Assembly: GCA_965645245.1 (NCBI GenBank)
Contig: OZ287077.1
Span: 1,860,001 to 1,924,000 of the forward strand
Reading direction: 5' to 3'
DNA length: 64,000 nt
Source: Massalongia carnosa
Taxonomy: Eukaryota
Shown here: piece by piece, positions 23,320-37,347 of the stretch
Layout of the letters: every line of letters begins with the position of its first letter
How positions within the stretch are numbered: position 1 is the stretch's first letter
Made by a program: the position numbers and the translations under genes
The notes under the pieces: model-generated
What the model saw: only the letters and a program-made list of their open reading frames with translations
Database searches by the model: none
What the model was told of the DNA's origin: nothing

Positions 23320-23949
23320 GCAGGTCCTCGGATTTAGCACCCATTTTTCCTTATCTTTTTCTTTTCCGTTTCGGTTGCTCGTCGTTACATACCGTGCACG
23401 TCAATGCTTTTCTATTACGGCCAGCGACTGTCAAATTTTACTTTACCTTGTTCTGAGGCTGTCAGGCCAAACAAGCACTTCTTTGACGGGAAATGGATGA
23501 TAGGGCGTGAATGGTCGAGATACCTAAAGGGATGATTGATGGAGTAGATGGGTGGCTCAGGCAAGCAGGTAGGTAGGCATGGGATGGCATGGGATAGGAG
23601 GATAGGCCTGAGCTGGAGCAAGAAACGACCATGCAACGAGTATTGATCCCCCCCGTTACCAATGAGCCCTTGGGCTTTCATTGCTCTTGCAAATGTACAA
23701 GCGAAGCATCTAGATGAGTGAGAACCCCCGAGCCACTGGCGCTCTGTCTGTCTGTCCATCTGACTCGTTCGTCCGTCTGTTCATGACCGCCTACCTACTT
23801 AACAAGCTACCAGTCCACCCACCTCCTTATACGCAGAAGAACAAGCCCACTCCCTCTTCCTCAATGATTAAATTAACCGATTGATTGTCTCTCCCTGCAT
23901 CGATTTGCTGGAGGTTTTACGCTGCCGGTTTCTGTTTCTTCTGCGCACC

Positions 23950-24800
23950 CACCCCTTTTTTTTTAAAAAAAAAGGGGGGAGAGGGGGAATGAGTATTGAT
24001 TGCTTGCTTTTTTTGAGTTGATTAAAACCCCTCCCCATCTTTCCTGATATCCCCTTTCCCCTAATCCACTCACCTTCCTACACGTTCGCTTTACCCTCAA
24101 CGTATGCATACACATATTCGCATACGGAGGATGATCCTCGGCATAACTACGCACGAACTCCATACGCTCTTGAGGAGTAGAAATTAGATAAGAAAGAAAG
24201 AAAGAAAGAAAGAAAGAAAAAAAGAGATACCTAAATAGATAAGATAAGGAGAAATAAAGGATGGTGGATGGTGGAGATGCAGAGAGGGGAGGAATAAATG
24301 GATGGACGGATATAACGTGAGCAAGAAGATGGAGATTATATGGAATGGAATGGAATGGAATCAAACCAAACCAAATCAAACCCAATGAACGAAAGATGAG
24401 CGAGTTCATGGAATTCCTCATTGAAATCTCCTACCCCCCTACCCCCCATCTCGGACCGGAAAACTGTAGGATTAGAAAAAGGGGAAAGATTGGGGGGGGT
24501 GGGGGTAAAGTAAGATGGTAAAGGTAATGTAATGAAGTAAAAATTCCTGCAAGCCACCACCGATGACGAATTTTCCTCCCCTAACCTTCCCAAAGCCCCC
24601 GGTGTAGTGCTTACATACACCACACAACTAACAGCTAGGTGTAGAGCGAAACATAGAGGGTTAAGGCGTACGGATGGGATTGCGATAAGGTGGAGAAGGG
24701 GGGTTTGGTAGGGTGAAAAATAGGAGGAGGGTGGAGGAAGGAGAGATGAGCGGCGTGGAGTGGGGCGAAAGCACCTAGAATCTTCGGGACTCGGCAGCCT
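23950..24800. repeat. Low-complexity/microsatellite tract ((AAAG)n, (TGGAA)n, G/C runs)
   Basis: (AAAG)n at ~24191-24220 and (TGGAA)n at 24341-24361. Confidence 0.75.
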
Positions 24801-27800
24801 TTCAAATAACTAGCGCAAGTTCTCGAGCTGTACATATGCTCGAATTACATCTGTATTAACGCTACGCTACAGATATCGATGATTGAACGATCTTTTGCTC
24901 ATGCAGGGGTTTTTCTTCCTTGGGTTTCCCCGAGACTGGTGCGCGCCTCCTAGTAACTAGTGCCGATAAATCTCTCATTTGCCCGTTTGCTATCGATCAG
25001 ATATGATGATAGTGCAAGGGGGACTGATGGCTAAAGGTCTGCTAATATTTTAGCGATCTGGATGAAGGAGAAACGGAGATCAAGGCCAGCGGATCAGTTA
25101 TGTTTCCCGCCTAGGGCACTTGGAGTAGCAGGTATCAAAACGATAGCCTAGGAGAGAGAACAATCGAATACTTCAGGTCCCTCTCTTGCTATCTGAGTTA
25201 TTGAAGCCTATTTTCTTAATAGTTTCGCACTGGAGTTGACAAGGGAGGGTGGAGATTGTTATTGTGATATGTATGGGAATTTGAGCGCTGGGGCTTGCGA
25301 GTTAACTTGGACGCCTAAATTTGTGGCATTGAAGGGTGGGGGTTTCGTTTCTTCCTGAGCGGTTCAAATCTAAGGACTGAAAAATATCTGACAAAGATCC
25401 AAGATGGGATGGCTTCGCTCCTCGATATTGTTCGTTATTGTTCGCTTGTCCAGCCAATGTCAGATGCAGATTGCTCATTGACCGCCTCGTATCCTATCTG
25501 TTTGCCAAAGTGGACTGAGGAAGAAACTAAGAATCGCTTTTGGATCAGCATTGGTTAGGATCGACGTCTCTTTCTTCTTCCGGCACACTGGTAGGCGCTA
25601 TGATCGGACGGGAGCTGCCCGTAGCGAGGTTCAGCTGTCAACACGTCCTCACCGTGTGCTGTGGTTGGTTAGCTGCCATCACCAATAGTATTCCGGAATG
25701 GCGGGTAGAGGACGTGGACGTCCTATCGGAGAACTAGAGTATGGATGGAAAAGGTTACCATAATCCGAATCAAGGCATCATGAAGCTGGAGTAACTAGCT
25801 TGGGCTTAACTAAAACACGCCGCGGATGAGGATCAATTTGAAGGCATGGATCCATGGCCAATGATGCTGATGAAAGAACGCTGTAAGGAGAAGATTATGG
25901 ATATTTAAAGCCCATTCCCTGGATACATACAATGATCAAGAATTTAGGAGATTGTAATTTCCACCGGCGCCTCGTCCAATGTTGACCCCGTGTGGATAAG
26001 GTGTGGCGTTACGCCTGTAGTTTGACGAGAAAAGCTTGGTCGTTAAGTTCAGTAGCGTATGTATTTTATACCGAGTAACCGAGTACGGAGTACAGAGCAC
26101 TCTGTACTCTGTACCTGATAACGCATTGTGACAGCGTTTCGGATGCAGTCCCTTATCCTTGCAAGGCTCTTTTTGCCTCTTCTTGCCTCCCGAGATGAGC
26201 TCGAGACTTGATATGGAGGTAGTTATATCGTGATTAACCTATGTAGAATGTCTTAAATTGGAGTTGAGGAACTTGACGTCCCTAGTTCCTTTCTCTGCCT
26301 CCCTGGCGACGATCACTTGTTGGTGAGTCTATGAATAGACTTACCTGGGCCCTGATCGACTCGTCATGGAGGTAAAAGTGGTTCAACACTGAACACTGGT
26401 GTACTCTTGAGGCGGTGAAACCTCGAGTATGCAAAGGGTGACGGTGAGTTGAGAGTGCGTTAATAGTTAATGCAAACGATCGTCTCTGCGGCTGGAGAAA
26501 ATATGTCGTCGTGGATAAGGGGTTCCGACTCAATCTCCAGACGAATAGGGGTACGCATGGGTTCCCATATCACAACATCCTCGACTGCACAGAGTGATCC
26601 TCTGCATGAAGCGTGGCCTCAGCTGGTCGGCGATTTGAAATTAAAAGCTTACATCTAAGCCATCACCTTCGCCCACCTTTTCCCCCCTCGCATTTTAGAG
26701 TTTGCAGTCGGGCTTTGTGACTCCCCGCATCGGCCGCCTACTCCAGATCTCCCCCTCCCGCCGAGATGTCGTGCCACTTTTCACCATTCTCACCTCTTAT
26801 CATTGGCTCCTGGCTTCTGGCTCTCGATTCTACGAGAGTTTAAGAATTGCACGCTCAGTTCATAGCCCAGGTGTCTCTGCAACAAAGGTTGAAAATCCTC
26901 TGGCCTTTGCACTCTACACAGGAGAGTGCGCTGATCCGCAATGCATCTATCCTCCACCCTATCATAGCGTTATCAGAAGGATTGCAGGTACTCGGTAATT
27001 AAGTATGTACCGATGCGCGACGTGTACTAGTGTCATGGACCGTGTTGTCAGGCATTGCCAACACGTAATGTCTCATGTTATTCGTATGTATCCACATGTA
27101 TCGACTTGCCGTACTCGGCACTCTCTAGCGAAGCCATAATACCCAAGATACAGCGCAGCATTGATACAGGATTCGCTAGTGGTAAACAAAGTATAAGAGA
27201 CACGCAAGTCCTCCGTCAGTTACCAAAAGGTTTGCCGTCTGTTTGTATACCGAAACGTAAGTACAAGAGGAACGAGAGGATTTGAATGGGAATTAAATAC
27301 CGTTATATTACCATCGGAGCAAATCACTCGCCCTTGAATGACGGTGTTGGGTTGTGGTTGAAAATGCAAAATTGAAAAACTTGAAACGTGGAATATTGAA
27401 TCTTTACAAATACAGTTAGCGTCACTCCTACAGACGTACAGCACCTTACCCAAACGTGCATTGTGCCTGCCAACTTTATCGTAGCCAAGCTAAGCTTCTC
27501 GGTACTAGGTCGTTATAGTCGCTGGCGTGGTGCAGAACAGAGAGTCAAAATCGTTCCAATCTCTCTCTCGCTCTACCGATACGTTCCCAGGTCCCAGAAA
27601 ATCCCAAACTAAAACTAGAAAGCGCGAAAAAGCTAGAAAAGCTCGTCGTCGTATCCGAACTCGCCCCTCCCTATGCAGAGATAGTACAAGACTCCAACGC
27701 TTACAGCACCTTCTCTCCACTCCATCGTCAACCTACCTGGTTAGTCTCATATCGCATTTCACTCGCTTTTATTTTGCGATTTCGCTCCTATTGCCGTCCG

Positions 27801-28223
27801 CCCTGGTGGAGCAGCATTCACCGAGCCCTCCTGAGCTGGGACTACCCAATTGAGATTGGCGCCCAATTCGACCGTTGCCAAATTTTGAGAAGGGAAAAAA
27901 AATTCCTCCGCCTTTTCTCTCAAATCAAGTCGGAAGGGGATTCTAGCACCCAGCATCCACTCTCTATCCTCATACTCTGTCATCTGTGTCTACATTACTA
28001 AATCTCCACACTCGTTAAATCATACGCTGATATCTTGAATTACCTCAAACCTTTGATCGATTTGGCTGCACCTGGTTAATGCTGGCCCTGGATAGTTAGT
28101 AGGGAGCTAGATAGGAGACCCGTCCCGGTGCCTAGGTATAACCTCACATCACTGGAAGTGGGATAGGTTGGATATTACCAACTGGTCGGGTTTTTCGTTT
28201 GCAGGGCTTCTCATTTGCGTACA

Positions 28224-30859
28224 ATGGCTCCCTCTCCGCCGAGACTGAGGATTTTATCAGGTTAGTGATCGCTTGCCGTCATCGAAACACCTATGGCAAC
28301 GGAATATTCACTCTTTGATGAGCTGCTGCTTGCCCGCATCTCTGATTGTGTGAATTGAGGCTTATGGTACCATGCATAGTTGGCGGCAATGCAGTCTCGG
28401 CATTTCTTTCCTGGAGGCTACAGGCAACAAATGCCTGTGATGTGACCTTAGTCTGGAAAAACGGCTTTGAATCAGTTTCACAATATGGAATCTCATTTCG
28501 GTATGCCATCAATCCCTCTCGCCTTTTTGGGAATACGCTGACAAGATTGCAGTTCTAAACTTTTCGGCAACGAGCGGTTTAAACCACGCCATGGTATGGG
28601 CGGAGCTACATAGGTACTCGGACTTTCAGGATATGAGGCTAATAATCCCTAGTTGTGCGAACACCGGAAGATGCGGCAGGCAGAAAGGCAGCATTTGACT
28701 ATGTCTTACTCTGCGTGAAAGCCCTACCCGATGTCTACGACCTTGCTGCCGTCATTGAATCGGTCGTTACTCCGCAACATACTTGCATTTTAGTGAATAC
28801 CACACATACACTCGGGGTTGAGGCTCATCTGGAGCAAAGGTTTCCTACCAACGTTGTCCTCTCTCTTGTGTCGGGAGCCGAAATCACACAGCTAGGAGCA
28901 AGTGAATTTGAACACCTTGGGGCTACGGAGGTATGGGTCGGCCCGGCCAACAAGAACATCGCCATTCCTGAAGCAATACAAAACGACATGGCGGAGGCCT
29001 TGGCCATGACGTTGAGTACTGGCCAGGTAGAATGCAAAGTGTCCAGCAACATCAGGCAGCAACAATATGAGCGTATGATAGGGTATTTCTACACCGCATA
29101 CTCTTCAAACAGAGTTGAATTAATATTTTATAGACCAATCGCGTTTCATCCTCCCAGCGTCCTGTTCGAAATTCCGTCGCATGCAGAACTGATGGAAAAG
29201 GTTGGGGTGCGAGCGATGATATCTGATGTAATCGAGGAGCTCCTCCAAGTCGCTATCGCTCAAGGTTGTATTTTCGAAGAAGACTTTAAACAGAAGACCA
29301 TTCAAAATATGCTCAAGCCTACTGAAACACATAGCATCATGTACCAAGACTTTACCGCCAAGCGTCCGATGGAGGTGGAAACGTACCTTGGATCACCAAT
29401 AAAGCTTGCGCAGCAGGCGGATGTTCGGGTTCCTCGGATCGAGACGATTTACGCTCTGCTGCACCATTGTAACATTGTCAACCAACGAAGACAGGCTGCG
29501 CCTCCGATGTCGCCCTATCCGCCATCTGGACCAACTCCGCCGCCTCGATTACATTCTGTTCCTCCCCCGAGACCGCCAATGAATGGCCCAATGAACGGTC
29601 AAATGGATGGGAATGGCCTTCATGGCATGCGAGGAGGAAGGAACTCGTCATTGGGACCTCCCATGAGAAGAGGAGGCCCAATGAATGGTTACCCTCCAAG
29701 ACAGCCCAGTGGCTACAACCCTCGCGGACCTCCACCAAACCAAATGTCGAGGCGTCCATCCTTTGAGGGCAATGATCTTGAAGAATTCAGTCATCTCGTG
29801 TTGTACGATGACATTCCTGAAGGAGGTGTAGCGCCTGGGTATGTTGATATGAATATTGGCGGAGGCGTTAGCCCATCCGAGCTAGCATTGCGTGAAAGAG
29901 AACTTAATTTACGGCAGAAAGAACTACAGCTGAGGGAGCAAGAATACCACATGCGAAGGGCACCTCGTAGACCGACACCATCGCACCGACCAAATTTTGA
30001 CGACGACGATGACGACGACGATTATGTTGATCCGATGGCCATCCGTGGGCCACAACCACCAATTGACCCTGACAGTCTTGACATGATGAGCGTTACCTCT
30101 CGGAGAAACCGAAAAGCTCCAAGTCTTGGCCAAATGCGCAAAGATCCTGAAAATGGTGTGGCGGGGAGGAACGGTGGTATGCGTCCAGGCCAGAGCTACG
30201 GTGGGCGACCTGCACCGCCCCGAAACCGCTCATCGACCCAGCTTATCGCAAACATGCCCGGAATGCATGATTCCTTGATGGACAATCCTATGATGGGGTA
30301 CGCTTCGAACCGGTATGGCATCGTTGACAGGAAGGCGATTGGTGATGAGTCGAGAGTCAATTCTTTGACAGCAGCACGGCTGAATGACTTGCAGGGGCCT
30401 GGAAATAACCCTGGAATGAACGGAGCGTACCCAACTCCTGGCGTTCGCCGGGCGAGTATGGTGCCTGGGAATCCGTTGAACCTTCCTCCAAGGATGGTGG
30501 GAAGGCCATCGCCACCGAATGACGGGTATGCGGGACCCGGGGGTACGCAACAGAACGGGGGACCATCTTCTCCGGGAATGATGCGTCAGCCTGTGCCGCA
30601 ATATCCTCCGGGGCAAGGAAATGCGGTGGCGCCACAACAGGTCGAGCAGCATGCTGGGGTGAGCAACCTATATCCACCTAAAGGCCCTATGCAAAAAAAT
30701 GTACGCAGTCTGACGGGTAGTGCGAGCGCTAGCGCGGGGAGTGGCGATAGTGGAGCCAGCGCGCATATAGACTCGGAGAACTCCGCGCACAGCAGCCAAA
30801 GCAGCCTCGGACCGCGACATGCATTGGGGGTTCAAGGACAGACCGTCCGAGTGAGCTAA
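28224..30859 (+). CDS. Svl3/Pam1-like protein: ketopantoate reductase (PanE/ApbA) fold plus long Pro/Gly/Asn-rich tail
   Basis: MAPSPPRLRILS/VGGNAVSAFLSWRLQATNACDVTLVW; FDYVLLCVKALPDVYDL; SIMYQDFTAKRPMEVETYLGSP. Four GT-AG introns. Confidence 0.9.
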
Positions 30860-33751
30860 ACGACCGACAAAAATGCTGAAAACGCGCCCGGTTTTGGCCT
30901 CGGGTCATCACACCTCGACTCTTTGGCGTCACCTGTGCCATCCATCGGGTTTTCCGCTAAATATGGTTCTTAATGATACCCGAGTATCAAGTATCCTTTT
31001 TAATAACACTACATGCACACGTTGACCTCGGTTTTGAGAAGCTGATAATGGATGGGGAGTGGAGGGTCGAGGGATGCTAAAGGAGTTTGTCCTGCACCGT
31101 TTTCAAATTTCAGGACGGACATGCACCTGGGGAACACAGTATACAGCAATGGCATGATCCAGCCTCGTACCCTTCCGTATATAAAGTACACGAAAATATG
31201 TCTTTATTTGATGTCCCAGCGGGTTCATTCTAACATAATATTGCATGGGGAGTCAGCGCGCGTGGCAAAGAGTAAGAATGGAAAGAGCGGGTGTTACTTT
31301 TCTGTTTCGACTTTACCTTTATGTGCTTCACTCATATTTACCTACCTACCTTAAAGCCCGATCTAGGGTTTGAGGTTTGTGGCAGAAAGAAAGCGGGGAA
31401 CGGGGGCAGAAAATTGCGGCTTGGTGGTTGATTTTTCCCTTTTTGCTGAACTGCGTCTGGATCCGGATAAAAAAGGGTAGACCAGCTAGGTATTTACCCC
31501 TCCCTCGCCTCTTATTTTTGTTTTTATTGTTTTTTGGGGGTTTTTTGGTGTGTGTGTAAGTGTGTCCAGCGAGTTGAGACTTTTTTTCACTTTGGAATGT
31601 ATGGAATGGAATGGAATAGAACAGGACGAGGATTTAAAGAGGAAGAGGGAAAAAACCAAAAAATAATATGTTTATCTATCTGTTATTATTCCTGGTGCTT
31701 ATTCTTGTGTTTGAGGCATCCGAAATTGGACATTTATGATGGTTATGATGAGTGATTTGCTGCTTGCTGCATTGGAAATACAATCTAACATTAGAGAAGG
31801 TGGGGAAACATTTCGAGATAACTACAAAAAATAATGTTTCTTTACTGAGAAAAACGGTTGTCTGGTTTTGGGAGGTTGGGGATTTTGGAATTGATGGGTT
31901 GGATGGCATTAAAACACTCTTTCCATGAGCGATTCATTTCAATAATCTCAATGAATATTGTACGCACAAGCTGTTGAGCTACATATTTTAATTCAGAGAC
32001 TAAGACTAAGACTAAGACTTTACGGTAGTCGGCAAGGGCACCCAACAGAAAGATAGGCAGATAGACAGCGAGCGAAAGGAAGGAAGAAGAGAGGGAGGGA
32101 GGGATCATTAATAGAGGAGGGCAAATTATTGGACTAGGTAGGCACTTGTTGTCCTTGTATAAAAGAGGAGAGAGAGAGAGAGCTAATTGGGTAAGTAGGT
32201 GTGTAGGCAGGTAGGGAGGGGGTGGAGTGCTACGGACAGGCAAGCTACTTGCGATACTACGTAGGGGTTGGAAGGGGGAGAGGACATGTTCTTCCTTCAT
32301 TTTTTTCGTTAAGTGTATGTGCCCCCGAAAGGTTTAGTTATGGAGATGAAGGGATGGAGCGGGTGTGTGACATTGAGGAGAAGGGAGAAGGAAGAAGAAG
32401 GACGATAGAAGATGATGTTGGCCCCCCTCCCCCAAAACATTCGCTCGGGCAGCCATGTATCTGCTTTGCTCGCTGAAAAGGGGTGCTTGTAGGTGGCTTC
32501 CTGGCTATTGTCTGGTGAAGAGGATTTGGACGTGAATATACAACATATATAGGGCCCTACTATCGCTACAACTCCTTTGCAATGCTGCTCCACTCTTCTC
32601 CCTCGGGAGGATCGAAGAAGTCCGCGAAAGTAGGTATTTTCTTCAGATTTACGGTGCAGAATTGGCGTTTTATAACATGTCTTTTGGGACCGATGGACCA
32701 TCATTTCAGGACGTTTTTATTTACACATTCATAAAACCATTGTTCAAATCAGCCGAAACGTCGAAATCATGTTCTCCGGGGGGGGGGGCTTCTTTCATCC
32801 TTTCAGAACGACTCCTCTTCACCTCCTCCACCCCCTTCTCCTCTTTCTCGTTTCCCACGTTTTCCTCGTCCCCTTCCCCCCCCCCCCGACTTTCCTTCAT
32901 TTCTCACCTCCACCTTCTATCACCTTTTTGCCTGTCGACTTTTCACGCCTCGTGTTCAACTCCGAAAAGATCCCGTTGAGCGGACTTCTCAAACCCCAAT
33001 TTTCTTGTCGACTTCGCGTTTTGTGCTTCGCATCAATCAAACGACTTTCGTTTTTTTTTTTTAAAAAATCAAAAAAAAAATCAAAATAGTGGTGGCATTT
33101 TCGAGTTCGGGCGAAGAGCTATTCTCGCTGAAAAGATGAAGAATGTGTAGAGAGAGAAACGATGAGGTGTAGATTTTACGAGAAGTACCGTGCGCGATCT
33201 TCGGCAATTTGGTTCGTCAAGCGGCATCATCCATGGAAAAAAGCAAGAAAGGCCTAGATATGTACGCTGTGACAAGAAAGAGTGGGAAAGTACGACTATA
33301 GCGGTTTTTTTGGAAAACGCGGTTCTTCTGGTAGACTGGAAGGATGAAGGATGGTGGATGGGTTTGTGAATGGACAGGTTTTTTGTAAAAGTGTCGAGAC
33401 CAAAGATTCGAACGATTGGATTGATGGAAATTTTTAAGTTCGAAATCCCGAGAGGAGGGGGGATATGTAACAGCATAATAAAGGGGCTGTAGCGTTGGCA
33501 GGATAGATAGCCTCGCCCCAAAAGTTTATCTCTTTAGCGGTTAGTATATTTATTTCTCTATTCGTTAACCTACTCCAGGTTCGTAACGATAGACGCCTAA
33601 TATAAGTCTACTATTACGAGCTTTGCAGTCCATAAATCGGACAGCCCGCAAGCAGCCACAGCCCGCAGGCAAGAACAAATCCTCCACAAATAGAACTAGG
33701 TAGGCCCGTGAGATGGGAGTCGGTCTCTTCCCAGACCAGCAGAGAAAGCAA

Positions 33752-34409
33752 ATGGAAACCTGCTCAAAACCAAAGATCTCAGTCTCCCTCTCCGTCGACC
33801 CAGCAACGCACTCCTTCGCCAACTCGCAAGCGCCCAACCTAAATCTCACAATAACCTCACACCACCCAGCCCCTATAACGATCTATGCCGACGACCTGTC
33901 CCCCAAGCTCATGCTGACCTCCGGTGCTCTCGCCATCACCGATCTGACTACAGGCAGCGAGGTCCGACAAAGCAGCCAAACACACTGCCGTATCTCTCCG
34001 CCATCTAAAGTCGTCGTGTCTCTTAATGAGTATCTCTTCTATACTCTCCTCCCCAATACTCCACTTACTCTCTCCGCGCCTTTCACCCGCAGTCGGACGA
34101 GCACCAGCGGTAAACCTTTAGCCATATACGACCCAGAATAGACTAGCGATCGCTCAGCCAAACACGGTGCATGCGGTGTTGACGGTCTCGAGCCCGGACA
34201 CAGATACGCGGGGAGCCTTGCTGGTAAGCCATGGGTACCGTGGGATATTATTCGCTGGTGGGAGTATGGATCGAAGGAACAGGTCCAACACGTGGATGGT
34301 GATGGGGGGCTTGGATGGGAGACAGGGCAAGTTTGGCCCTGGCCCGCATGAGGCGATTGTGATTGATTTAGCGAGCATTGGAATCGTCGAAGTTGAGTGT
34401 CGGGAGTAG
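33752..34409 (+). pseudogene. Fungal hypothetical protein gene, interrupted by an in-frame TAG and a probable frameshift
   Basis: The frame continues past TAG 34139-34141 as TSDRSAKHGACGVDGLEPGHRYAGSL...IIRWWEYGSKEQV, then appears to shift at the G run near 34304 into LDGRQGKFGPGPHEAIVID...ECRE. Confidence 0.6.
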
Positions 34410-36739
34410 TCAGGAATTATGAAAAGCAACATGTCGAGATCCGTATCAAGTCAACCAAACTCTGAAGACGAAGCCTCCTGTCCATTTGAATTTCATGCCA
34501 GAAACTCTTATCACACTCTGACAACCTAGCCACCGCCGCTAAGCAACCTCCAAATTCGAAGCCTAAAGAGATAGCAACTTCAATCTTGTCGGGACATAGG
34601 GATTCTCTCAGGACCATGTAAGCCCCGGCTTGAAAATCCGTATCTTGCCATCACCGACCAAGACCCAGTGTCTTTCCGTAGAGCTCGCCGTTATCCTTGC
34701 CCTCATCTACGAATTTTGCTCGTACTGATTGTCACAGTCCAAAGATGACTATCCTTTCCCATTGTCTTTGCAGAGCATTAGAGACCAACATCCACTTACG
34801 TGCCTTAATGTTGTGTCCCGACGAAATGACTAGCAGCAAACCCTGCCAGTCAAGGGAGTCCAGGCCAGTTCTTCCTCCGAGCTAGCCATCCCGACACCAA
34901 CACAACACACCACATACATAGGCTGGAATTTGCAATTTATCGTGTTCTCGCGTTCTCGCATTCGTTGGCATGGTCAAGTAGACAGCAGCCGGGTTTGAAA
35001 ATAGCGGCAAAGGACGCTGTTTAAGTAAAACCGTAGGAGCTTGAGCATTAATCCCCCCTTCTTTTGATCTGATGTACCCTTTTAGTCACCCTATTTCTCT
35101 CAATAGTCATGCCTGACAGATCCTTTGACACAGGCGAATACCGCTTAGATAATCTATTGTGTTCACATAACATTTGTAACATTTTGACTTCTCATAGATT
35201 TCTAGTTGTCTTTCTTTCTTTCGTTGACTTAAACATAGAAATAACTTAAGAGAATATCTAGGAATCATACTTTCTAGTAAGAATACAGCCTAGGTAGTTA
35301 AAGCCACCTACTAGTCGTAGTAGTACAATTGCCACATACCTTGAAACCACAATCTCAATAAGATAATTAGCCTCTTGCCTTATGTACAGATTGGCGTTTG
35401 CCTCAGCTCTATGCCCATCAATGAAAAATTTCTGTATAGGCACGAGCTCGGTGTCTGAACGACGAATCTACATCTAGCATTGTGCTGCGTCGTGGAAAAA
35501 TTCGCCTAAGAGAGAGCTTGCTTGTATTCCATCCGCAAAGCTTACTCCTAGGGCCGTTTGCCATGTTGAACTCCATTTCCGAGAAACCTTGAGGCTACCT
35601 GGACGGCGGCTCATACCGACTTCGTCTCCTTTGTTGAAAAAGCCCATGATAGGCTTGTAATTGTTGACAAGGGTTAGTAATATAACCACCGAAGTGTAAT
35701 CGTTGGTAGGAACGACCGAGATTGATGTTGAGGGTGAAGTTATTCGACTACTTTGGCCTCGGAATTTCTTTTTGTGTTGGAATAACTACCCGCTTAGCCT
35801 AATTAGTTCTAGCTCAACCCTACTGACTGCTATCCAGCACTTCTAATGTTGCATCAAGTATATACAGAGTATCTGGAGATTTTTTTCTTGGCAGGAGTGA
35901 CAAAGCTTCAACTGTATAAATGGATTGAAGATCTTATTGTAAACCAATCTAGGCGCTGACGCAAAAGGGAGTGAAAATGGACAAAAGGCAAATATTAGCA
36001 CGAACTACGTTCCTTCAAGTTCTTCCCGAATAAAAAGGCTCTTGAATTTTCTGCGTCAAGTAAGATGCTCAAACGAAGACTCATGCTAACGAGGCTAGGG
36101 TAGTACTATACGAATAGCGATCCCTGATTCGCTCCTAATGGGCGGGAGTCGCTGTCGTCAAAGTATACCCCACGTCCCTTATTTTCACGCGTCGTTTGGC
36201 TGACTCGCCCCGCCACCCATTCTTCTTACGAAAGAGCCTTGTGGATAACTCGGAAAGTTTCTTCGATCGGAGAGAGTTTTCAGGACAGGATTTTCTTTTC
36301 TAAAAAATTAGAAGGCAAGAAATCTCAATGGAGGAAATTTTTGTTTTATCGGGGCGTTGCTTGTCAACAAGGAGAAGAAGAGCGCTTCTTAGGGGAGGAA
36401 GGGGGTGGGGGAATATGATGATTTCATCCAAGTCTCGTTGTCGAGTGGCGCCGGTGTTATTTCCGTCGTTGGTCTTAAGGGTTATGGGCCATCATACATG
36501 TGACTTATCAACAGGGGGATGAAGATGGTTGATAAGTATTTATTGCATTGAAACAGAGAAAGATCGAGATTTGCTTTTGAATTACTCTCTATCAAGTCAA
36601 GACACCTAATATCTTTAAAGACTATCAACCGTCAAACGTTCCCAAATCTCCTTTCCAGCCACATTCTTCTGTCCAGTCCTTGGACACTACACCTCGCCGA
36701 TGATTTTGAGTACAATGCCAGCTTTAGCTATAGTGTCCC

Positions 36740-37347
36740 CTAAACTGGAACGGACGGGTTCCCAATTGAACCCTAGAGAAAGATTTACCTTTGCGTCAGC
36801 AATGCGCCCAAACCGCAAGAGAGGGCAGCCAAGTTTCTCGGCAACCAACGCAACAACTTACCAGTTCGATGAACTTGCGCGACGTGAATTTCCACCCGCC
36901 GAAAAGGGAAAGATCCCCCGTTTGAATGAACGTGTCGCTGAACTGGGCGAAGACGAAGAAAGCCTCTCCCTTTAACTTTCCCGAGCCCAAGAATGTCGCG
37001 GTGATGTATGTAATCGCCTTGGCCGTGTCGGCCGCTCCGCTGCCTTTGGAGGGTTCAAGCAGCTCGATATCTTGTGTGGTCGCAGCCAATTGCGTGATAG
37101 TGCCCGGCTTGCCAATCTTAGCTAGTACACCCTCGATGGCCGGGATGCCTTGAACGTCACCGTCACCGGCGTTGTAGGTTGCGTTGGGGGTGAAGAGTGG
37201 GCCAATTTTGCTAAATTGCTTCAAGTCGAATAAGATGTTGAACTCGGAAATTTCTCGCTGGATGTTGATGTAGTCCTCAGAGGTTCGATGTGCGAGGGAG
37301 ACCAGGAGGAGGGATGAGAGCGAGGCAAGGAAGAGTTGAAAACGCAT
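36740..37347 (-). CDS. Small secreted SnoaL-like/NTF2-fold protein (2 exons)
   Basis: Signal peptide MRFQLFLASLSSLLLVSLA, then FDLKQF..LFTPNATYN..VQGIPAI, YITATFLG, FSDTF and GGWKFTSR. GTAAGT intron followed by terminal exon GSIGNPSVPV-TAG. Confidence 0.8.

Noticed and set aside
25380..25960. Protein-like fragments (e.g. DEDQFEGMDPWPMMLMKERCKEKIMD)
   Set aside because: Too short and interrupted to support even a pseudogene call without a database search.
26338..26352. ACTTACCTGG resembling the U1 snRNA 5' end
   Set aside because: The downstream sequence lacks recognisable U1 stem-loops and an Sm site; it is equally the reverse complement of a CAG/GTAAGT donor.
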